From: Caerostris extrusa
Lineage: Eukaryota
Assembly: GCA_021605095.1 (NCBI GenBank)
Contig: BPLR01000781.1
Location: 130,414-140,509, forward strand
Direction of reading: 5' to 3'
DNA length: 10,096 nt
The notes under the pieces are model-generated. The model did not search any database and was not told the DNA's origin. It saw nothing but the letters and a program-made list of their open reading frames with translations. Numbering within the stretch: position 1 is the first letter of the stretch; each line of letters starts with the position of its first letter. Position numbers and translations under genes: made by a program. Below are positions 1-7,811 of the stretch, piece after piece.

Positions 1-413
1 AATAAAATACATATTAAATAAACAAGAATTATAAAATAAAATATTTATACAAATGCAACTAAAAAAATAATGATAAGCTCTTTTTATATCACAGATAATT
101 AATGCTTACAGACTGTTTCTCTCTGAAATATATTTCTTATGATACCTCTTTTTCAGAACTTAGACAAAGTCCAACAGCTACATGATTCAAGCATCCAATT
201 TCCTTACAGACAAGTATGCAAACTTCCCGGATGAACTGCAAATTCCAATTACTCTTTAAATTCCCTTCTAATGGAACAACATGCTAAAATCACTTTTCAC
301 TTAGATGATCTTAACTTCCAAAATACATAATTGATCCCTTTAATTAAAAACCTATTTGAGCAACATAAAGAAACAACGAAAATCATTCAGACATGCAACA
401 CTTCAAAAGATCT

Positions 414-434
414 AAAAAAAAAAAAAAAAAAAAA
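414..434 (+). repeat. Poly(A) homopolymer, 21 A.
   Basis: Read directly from the sequence. The mirror position in the right arm has a shorter T9 run (7486-7494) within conserved flanks (aaaaattcaattttca). This is therefore an old microsatellite that is part of the palindrome, not a retroposon tail. Confidence 0.9.
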
Positions 435-1831
435 TTCAATTTTCAGATGTAAATAATTTCACATTTTTTTACAGGCAGTATTTCCCACAACATTGTCTTT
501 ATCAAAGGAGCTCTAACTCCCATACTATTTATCTCTTCTCAAATCAATTCAGCTCATGATTTTATAATTTTAACAGATCAGCTTATCAGAACAGTTCAAT
601 CAGCTTATAATCTTCATAGATATCTTTTCAAATAATCAAAAATAGCAGCTTTCATGCTATATTTTTCAAAAAATTACTTGGTCACTAACTTTTCCAAATT
701 TGAAACATATCTATCAAATTTATACGAGTTCCAAAGCATGCTGGTCTTCAGAAAATGAGTTAGTAGATTCCATAGCCAAAGCAGTTAAACTAGTCTTACA
801 CTGGATATCACCAAAAGAATTATTACTCATAAAAAAAAGGGTAAAAATTAATATGATTAAACAATAAATACACTAAAGAATTTTTCCTTTTAATCATCAT
901 TAAAATTAAACATCACACATTCCGAATGGGAAAGCAAACAAATTTTTATATAATATCCTGTCCATCTCAAATTAAACTCAATAAATTTTGGTTTATTTTC
1001 TCTCCAATATATTTCAAATGCAATCAGCTGCAGAATATTCTATTCATATGCAAGAGATATACGGGAGCACAGAGAAAAATCCCAAGCAGTTTTGAATGCT
1101 ATGTTTTCCTTTCACCTATATTTTTTATCCAATTCATTATGCTCATAAAAAAAAACTATCTTTTAAAGAATTGTAAGCCTTTTTCTTAATAGATTTTATA
1201 AGTTAATACATCAAAAGTGTACTTTTGCCCCCATTCTTTTTAATAAATTTTTCCTTTACTTTTCAACTTACACATTTGTAAGTTCTTTTTTTTCCTTCGT
1301 ACTTTTCAAGCTGTAATTGGATAAATTGAGATAAAGCAATGACGTAAAAAAATAAAATCAAAGAATTATTAAAATAAAATGCTTTATAATAATGCAAAAA
1401 CTATTGGGATATTTGCTTTTCAAAATATTAAAATATTACATAGAATGTAGAAAAAAAATTAGAGTGAAACAAAAAACACAATATTTTGCATATTAAAAAT
1501 TGATGAAATAAATCTATCGTTTTTTTAAATATCTTGAATGAAAAGAATTTGTTATCAAGTGCTAATTAAATAAACAGATATCAAAATTATTTAAATATAC
1601 TTCTAATAAATGAGACATACCTTTAAATAAACCATGTTTTTGTCTTTTTTAATGTTAATTAAAAATATATATTTCACATCAATTAAAAAAATGCTAAACT
1701 TTTAAAAATAAATAATAATAAAATAAAATTTTTTTATATTTCAAATTATGAAGGTTTATTTTAATTAAAAATAAAAAATACCATAGTTTGTCAAAGGAAT
1801 ATAGGGCATCTATCATTTCAGTGTAGGAAGA

Positions 1832-2162
1832 TTAGAGATGGGCCTCCAGAAGCTCTTTCTGGGTACACCTAATGGATTCTTTAATACCATTTTTTTCATC
1901 TAAAACAATGAATAGAAATAGTTTTGAAGATTCAAAATCAAAATTTGTGAAATGATTTGAGATCCCAAAAATCTCTTCAAGAATATTATTTATTTTAAAT
2001 ATTGATAGTTTTTGTCCTTTGAACTTGACAATGTCATCTCTTCGGCCTTCAAAATAGAATGAACCTTTATAAATCTGAACAATATCTCCAGTTGATCGCA
2101 TTATTTTATGATTGCAATTTGGCCACTCTTCATTATTAATGATGCACCATCTTTTCTTCCAC
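1832..2162 (-). CDS. AASDH: Internal coding exon of an AMP-binding (adenylate-forming) enzyme, AASDH/ACSF4-like (beta-alanine-activating enzyme family). The 3' end is uncertain: the exon may end at the in-frame stop (1832) or at a donor-like AG|GTGTAC near 1868.
   Basis: This is the only long clean ORF in the window (112 codons, minus strand). Its translation, ...RWCIINNEEWPNCNHKIMRSTGDIVQIYKGSFYFEGRRDDIVKFKGQKLSIFKINNILEEI..., carries the adenylation-domain core pattern (Y/M)R(T/S)GD ... G.(F/Y)(F/Y).GR.DD.(V/I)K.(R/K)G.(R/K)(I/L). As I recall it, the closest match is the divergent version in AASDH (...TMRATGDFVTVKDGEIFFLGRKDSQIKRHGKRLNIELVQQV...). On the minus strand the ORF is preceded by a pyrimidine-rich tract and AG (ctttattgtttag|GTGGAAG, around 2163-2175), which fits a 3' splice site. 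The exon is in phase with a split codon. The family assignment is from memory and was not checked by search. Confidence 0.7.
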
Positions 2163-2175
2163 CTAAACAATAAAG
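2163..2175 (-). other. Putative 3' splice site (polypyrimidine tract plus AG) for the AMP-binding exon.
   Basis: Minus strand reads ctttattgtttag|GTGGAAGAAAAG. The ORF frame begins with a split codon (AG|G). The same motif survives at the mirror position in the right arm (aaattttag|GTGAG, 6061-6070). Confidence 0.5.
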
Positions 2176-2792
2176 TTTTTAAAAATCAATCAAAATAGGA
2201 GTGTTAAAAATAGGTCCAAATATACATCAAAAATTAAAAACTGTAATTCTTTCTATTAGTCTTATAACTTAAAATTTTAAATAACTAAGCTTTTTCATAA
2301 ACAAATGTATAGTTTGTAAATCATAGAAAAATCAATAAATTGAATAATAAATGAAAAAGTAATAATATACTATAATTTTTAAGTTAAAAGTCTTTGGAAT
2401 TTAACAGTGCAGAATATAGGAAAATGCATTGAATTTTTTAATGAAATTTCAGTAAAAATTAATTCTACTAGCCCAGGCAGGTGTTATTTCTATATAAAAG
2501 CAAGCTTAAAGCTAATAAAATTTAATTTATGCCAGAAGTGAATAAATAATTTAATTAAATTACAAAAAAAAGGCACAAGAATTAACTTTTAAATACTAAA
2601 AAAACAAAGATTTTATCAATAAAAAATTAGAATTACAATAGAATTCTATGTAGTCATGTAATGTTTTTGAGGATGTAGAATTTTGGGTTTGCAGTGTTAT
2701 AGTGATTTTCAAGATAAGCAAATTTAACTGAAATGTTTTTAAAAGAGTGGGAAGTTTAATGTCATGGTGTAATTTCTTATTGCAGATGTAAC

Positions 2793-2810
2793 TTTTTTTT
2801 TTTTTTTTTT
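2793..2810 (+). repeat. Poly(T) homopolymer, 18 T.
   Basis: Read directly from the sequence. It lies in a stretch of left-arm sequence that has no counterpart in the right arm (right-arm equivalent around 5560-5580). Confidence 0.9.
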
Positions 2811-3120
2811 AAATTCTGGATAGTTAAATTTTTGCTGTGCATTCAAAATGTTGAAGTTTGACTTTGTAGTGTATAGCTCGAACCAAGCATGCATAAATGA
2901 GAATTGGTCTAAAAAAGTACTGCGTACATGAGAATTTTGTTTTCCCTGCCCATTACAGAGTGTTTATTAATTAATGGACATAGAGCTCTGGTACAATTAC
3001 AAATTTCTGTTTGACATATAGAATATGTGGTTTCAAAGTTATGTGCTGGTTAAAAAGAATGACAAGAAGATTTGTTTGTTTACTCCAAAAAATGAGTTTA
3101 TCATTAATTTAATTGATTGA

Positions 3121-3137
3121 TTTTTTTTTTTTTTTTT
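3121..3137 (+). repeat. Poly(T) homopolymer, 17 T.
   Basis: Read directly from the sequence. The right-arm counterpart is only A8 (about 5339-5346) within conserved flanks. Confidence 0.9.
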
Positions 3138-3410
3138 AGGTTTATACATTTTTTTGAAGATGAAATTTGTGCACTGATTGATTGATAATGATATTATTAT
3201 GATTTTTTATTTATCTAACAAATATAAAGAACGACAGAAGCAGATTATATTCCATTCGGATAAAAATAGATTACATTTTCAAATATCTGATAATTCAAAG
3301 TTTTCAGACAGTATTTTTTTTAAATCGATTCTTGTATTCTTAAATAGAATCTTTTGTTTATTTTACCTATAATAAGTTGCCCATCTATAAAATATGTCAG
3401 TACATGTTCC

Positions 3411-3421
3411 TTTTTTTTTTT
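3411..3421 (+). repeat. Poly(T) homopolymer, 11 T.
   Basis: Read directly from the sequence. Confidence 0.85.
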
Positions 3422-4324
3422 CTCATGGTGCTATCATACATGCATTTTCTTTATGATTTTCCTATATTATTATGTATTTGTATATTTTTTATATTATTTT
3501 GGCAGAAAAGGCTTGAAGAAGTTTGCTTTTAAAAAGTGTGACAAATTTTATGCTAGTTTAAAATCTTAAGGTCAAATACAAAAAGATGTTTGTTCAATTG
3601 ATTAATATACTGTGAAGTAAAAATCTTGATATTCTGAGTTGAAATTCAATTTATGTTATGTATTGTTTTTAACATTGTCAGTAAAACATTGTTCTATTAT
3701 AAAAATGTCTTTACTTTATTATGATAGCTTTTTTGTAAGAAAATATTGATTTTTAAAAACAATTTTTCAAATTACAATACAAGTATAATAATAATATGCA
3801 TAATAAAAAATTTTAGAAGTATTTTTTTTATTAGACATTATAAGCATTGATATCCAAAATTAAGCTTCTTATCATAGTTAAAAATTGATTAGCATATTTT
3901 TGGATCATTATTTACTATAATGATGAATAAAATTGGCAAGTCATATCTTTGTTTAAGTGAATAAAGAAAAGCTAAAAATACTACCTATACTAAGTTCATT
4001 TTCATCAGTTAATTCAAAACTTGTATCCAAAAATAGGTTTTCCCAAAGGAATAGAATTTGACATATATCTATAATATAAAAATGAGTTATTTGTATCATG
4101 TAGATGCTTAAGGTAGAATTATACATATTACATTTAAATAAATAAAGAATATTAATTTATAATAATTTTATAACATAACTTTTATTTTTCTAAAGTTCTT
4201 TGCCAATTATTGTGTTTTTTGTGATCCCATGTTTAAGATATATTCTTTAAGAAATAATATGACAAGGGTAGTGAAACTTGACCTTAATATTTGATTTTCA
4301 AATAAAGAAAACTTTTATGAACAG

Positions 4325-4330
4325 TTGGTG
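4325..4330. other. Central spacer and symmetry axis of the palindrome (ttggtg).
   Basis: It is flanked by ttcaaataaagaaaacttttatgaacag (4297-4324) and its near-perfect reverse complement ctgttcatagaagttttcttttatttgaa (4331-4359). About 27 of 29 positions match. Confidence 0.85.
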
Positions 4331-7300
4331 CTGTTCATAGAAGTTTTCTTTTATTTGAATCAGAGTCAGGGACTCACTACTCTTGTCGCCAACCCATTTC
4401 CTAACCAAAAGAATGCTTATCTTAAACATGGGATCACAAACACGTGGTTGGCAAGGGAACTTAGAAAAATAAAGCCCATGTTATAAGAGTATTATAAATT
4501 GGCTATTCTTTTATTTATTCAAATGTAATATGTATAATTCTACCTTAACCTCTACATGTTACAAGCCTTCATTTATATTATGGGTGTCAAATTCTATTCC
4601 TTTGGGAAAACTGTTTTGGATGCAAACACGAATTATTTGGAAATGAAGAGGCTTAGTAGGCAGTATTTTAACTTTCTATTCATAAACTAGATGAACTTGC
4701 CATTTTAAATAATGATCAAAGAATATGCTAATCAATGCAACATGATAAACAATTTGAATATCAATATATTTAATAAAAAAACTTCATATTATATATTATT
4801 ATACTTGTATTGTAATTTGAAAAAATTACAAAATCAGCTGACACTAACTACAAAAAAGCTATCCTGTAAAAACCAAAAGACATTTTAACCAAATTTGTGT
4901 TTTACTGACAATGTGCACTAATACATAACATAGAGGTAATTTCAGCTTCAGGGTATCCAGACTTTCACGGCTGATGGCGGTGAGACAAGCATTTCTTTTG
5001 TGAGCTGCTGGAGGCAAACTAGCATACGCAAAAGCAGGCTCTTCCAGCACCTTTCTGCCAAATGTAAAAATATGCAATACATAATAATGAGGAATCATGA
5101 AAAATAAATGTATATTGCATAACAAGAAAAGGCAAAAGGCAACTGTGGGTAAAACAAACAAAAGATTCTGGAATTCAGGAAATCGGCTATACGGCAATTA
5201 TCAGATATTTGAAAATGTAATCTGTCAGTGGGTATAATCTGCTTCTGTCGTTCTTTTTATATTTGTTAGATAAACAAAATCATGAAAATTATATCGTCAT
5301 CAATCAATCACAAACTAAATCTTCAAATGTAAACCACAAAAAAAATCAGCTGGTAAATTAATGATAGAACTCATTTTTAGGTAAAACAAACAAATCTTCT
5401 TGTCATTCTTTGACCAGCACATAACGAACCACTATTCTGTCAAACAGAGAATATGTCCATTGAGATTATGGAAACAAAACAATAACCACGTATTTTAGAC
5501 CAATTCTCATTTATGCGCGCTGACCGGCCTACAAGTCAAACTCAACATTTTGAATGCAGCAAGAGTTACAGCCTGCCATGACGATAAACTTCCACTCTTA
5601 CTCGGTTGCATCTTGAAATCGCTACCCATCTCAAAAAAACATTACATGTTTACATGGAAATTGTGTAATTCTTATTGAACTCAAAATCTCATTTTAGTAT
5701 TTAAAGGGCAATTCTTTGTCTTCCATTTTGATTTGAATAGGTGTTATTCACTTCTGGGCATAAATTCAGGGCATTGGCTTTTAAGCTTATATAAGTAGCA
5801 CTGCTAGGTGAGATAATTAATTTGCTGAGGCCATTAAACGTGCATTTTCACTGTTCCTTCACTGATAAAACCAAAAGACTTTAACTTAAGGCCTGGTATG
5901 TACTTTTCATTTGACCATTCAGTTTATTGATTTTTCTATGATTTCTCTTACAAATATACATTTGTTTATGGCACGGATTATTGCAGGAGCAGAAAAGAAC
6001 CACATTTTTCCAATTTTGATGTTGGACTTCAGCTAGCGCTTTCATTTTGATTGATTTTAAAAATTTTAGGTGAGATGCGTATTAATGTGAGAGTGGCAGC
6101 CACGTCATAAAATAATGCGATCAACTGGAGATGTGTTCGGGCCCCATGGTTCATTCTATTTTGAAGGCCGAGAAAAGTGACATTGTCAGAGATTCCAAGG
6201 ACAAAAAACTATAATATTTAAAATAAATAATATTGAAGTTGCAGGTCTCAAATGAAACACTAGTGCCCGATTTGAAAATCTTCTTTTAGATGAAAAAAAT
6301 GACTGTCTCCATTAGGTGTAATGAAAGAGCTTGGAGGCTCCATCTCTGTCTTCCTATGACAGTATTAGATGTTCCTTGTATTCCTTTGACAAACCATGTT
6401 ATTTTTAATTAAAATAAACCTTCATGAATATAGAAATTTTAGAAATTTATTATTATTTATTTTAAAGAGATTTGACACAGTGATGTGAAAATATTTTAAT
6501 TAACATTAAAAAGACAAAAGCTGGTTTATTAAGGCATGTCTCGGCTGACAAGTATGTTTAAATAATTTTGCATTCTATATATTTAACCACAAATGGCACT
6601 TGATAACAAAATTCTTTTTCATTAAAAGACATTAAAACCGTGTATTTCATTCAATTTTGGCATATGCAAGATATTTTGTTCCTCTAATTTTCTGCATTCT
6701 ATGTATGTTTGCAGCTATTTTAGAAAAGCAAGTTTTTGCGTATTAAAGCATTTTATTTTGTAATTCTTTTGTTCCTAAATCATTGCTGTCTGCAATTTAT
6801 CCAAGTACAGCTATGCGAAGGAAAAAAGAACTACAAGTAGTAAAGAAAAATTTATTAAGAATGAAGGCATACACTTTTAACATTAACAACAAAATCTATT
6901 AAAAAAATTTCTTCTTTTAAAAGATAGTTTTTTTTATGAGCATAATAGTGAGATAAACTAGCAGGTGGAAAACCTTAACATTGCGCCAGAATTTTCTGTT
7001 AACTAAATATCTCTTGCATATGAATAAGAATATTCTGCAGCTGATACATTTAATATATTGAGAGAGAAAGCAAACCCATTGAGCCAGGCATTGACCATAT
7101 GAAACCACATTTTTCCCCATCTGTGATGTTGAGCACAATGATGATTAAAAGGAAAATTCTTTTGGTATTTAATATTTAATCATATTTTGCCCTTTTATGG
7201 TAATAGTCTTTTGGTGATATCCAGTGTAAGACTAGTTTAACTGCTTTGGCTATGGAATCTACTTAATCATTTTCTCAGCATGCTGCTCATAGTGACCAGA

Positions 7301-7811
7301 TATGTTTCAAATTTAGTCAATGACAATATTTTGAAAATACTTTCTTTGCTATCATATGAAGCCGCAACGATCTGTTCAAAGTATAGTATCTTGAAGCTGA
7401 TAAATATGGGGATAAACTCCTTGACAAAGATTTTAATGTTATTAAAGGAAATACTACTGAAAAAATGTGAGTATTGAAAATTGAATTTTTTTTAAGTGTT
7501 ACGTGATTTTAAGTAGCACCTCATTAACTCAATAGGTTTTTTAATTAAAGGGATCAATCTCTCACATTTAGAAGTGGGTCATCTAAGGAAGTGAAAGTAT
7601 TTTAGCATGTTCCCGTAGAGGAATTTGGAGGCTGCGGTTCATCCGAAGTTCTAACGAGAGAATTGGATGCTTGAGCTCACTTTTGTCTAAGTTCTGAAAG
7701 AAGATGTCATAAATATATTTCAGAGAGCTGGTCTGTAAGCATTAATTACTCTGGCCAAAAGAGCTTATCGTATTTTGGTTACTAGTATAGGCATTTAATA
7801 TGTATTTTATT
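4331..7811. repeat. Right arm of the large imperfect palindrome. It is about 850 bp shorter than the left arm because of many small indels.
   Basis: Same anchor set as the left arm. In-window homology ends at 7811, which pairs with window position 1. Whether the palindrome continues past 7811 cannot be judged, because the matching left-hand sequence lies outside the window. Confidence 0.9.
6070..6350 (+). pseudogene. Degenerate inverted copy (pseudo-exon) of the AMP-binding exon at 1832-2162.
   Basis: Plus strand 6109-6132 (aaaataatgcgatcaactggagat) equals the reverse complement of 2085-2108, and the homology continues in both directions. Translated in the matching frame it reads ...HKIMRSTGDVFGPHGSFYFEGREK*. 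Compared with the left copy there is a 1-nt insertion (ggccgagaaaagtgacattgtc against ggccgaagagatgacattgtc), a premature TGA, and two further stops plus a 5-codon deletion in the part equivalent to FRWKKRWCIINNEEWPNCNH. An acceptor-like tttag|GTGAG is retained at 6064-6070. Confidence 0.75.

Larger units (their letters stand above)
1..4324. repeat. Left arm of a large imperfect palindrome. It is truncated by the window start, so its outer boundary is not seen.
   Basis: Hand-aligned anchor pairs (left to reverse complement of right): 1-19 to 7793-7811, 97-113 to 7731-7747, 331-337 to 7551-7557, 771-818 to 7207-7255, 1025-1037 to 7031-7043, 1137-1169 to 6914-6946, 1537-1561 to 6598-6622, 1748-1757 to about 6416-6425, 2085-2108 to 6109-6132, 2892-2906 to 5501-5515, 3091-3098 to 5378-5385, 3501-3510 to 5051-5060, 3763-3780 to 4808-4825, 3886-3899 to 4722-4735, 4041-4060 to 4591-4610, 4221-4240 to 4418-4437, 4297-4324 to 4331-4359. 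The coordinate sums rise steadily from about 7812 to about 8656. That is what one colinear inverted alignment with accumulated indels should give. Confidence 0.9.

Noticed and set aside
414-434. A21 run as the poly(A) tail of a retroposed element (SINE or processed pseudogene).
   Set aside because: The mirror position in the other arm carries a T9 run within conserved flanks. The tract therefore predates the inverted duplication and is a microsatellite that expanded and contracted. There are no target-site duplications or SINE-like upstream sequence.
926-1189. ORF 926-1189 (+) and ORF 6917-7138 (-) share peptide motifs (MGK..., ILFICKRY, IMLIKK) in the same frame. This could suggest a conserved small protein.
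   Set aside because: They are simply mirror positions in the two palindrome arms. Amino-acid identity (about 35%) is no higher than expected from about 75-80% neutral nucleotide identity. The sequence is low-complexity and AT-rich, where chance ORFs are common. The in-frame indels are most likely coincidence.
3178-3372. Remaining short ORFs in the supplied track (3178-3372, 7280-7477, 7782-8060, 8576-8797, 8841-9029).
   Set aside because: They are short and low-complexity and resemble no protein family I can recognise. They are consistent with chance ORFs in AT-rich DNA.
3354-5197. ORF 3354-3569 (+) and ORF 4859-5197 (-) share FGRK...FA...YASL motifs.
   Set aside because: Same explanation. 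These are arm-to-arm homologous positions with a neutral substitution pattern and no recognisable protein family. The 112-codon ORF at 4859-5197 sits in a GC-richer stretch of the right arm where stops are rarer by chance.
1-7811. Palindrome as an assembly or chimeric-read artefact (fold-back).
   Set aside because: Artefactual fold-backs are essentially identical between arms. Here the arms differ by about 20% with dozens of indels, different microsatellite lengths and different CpG content.
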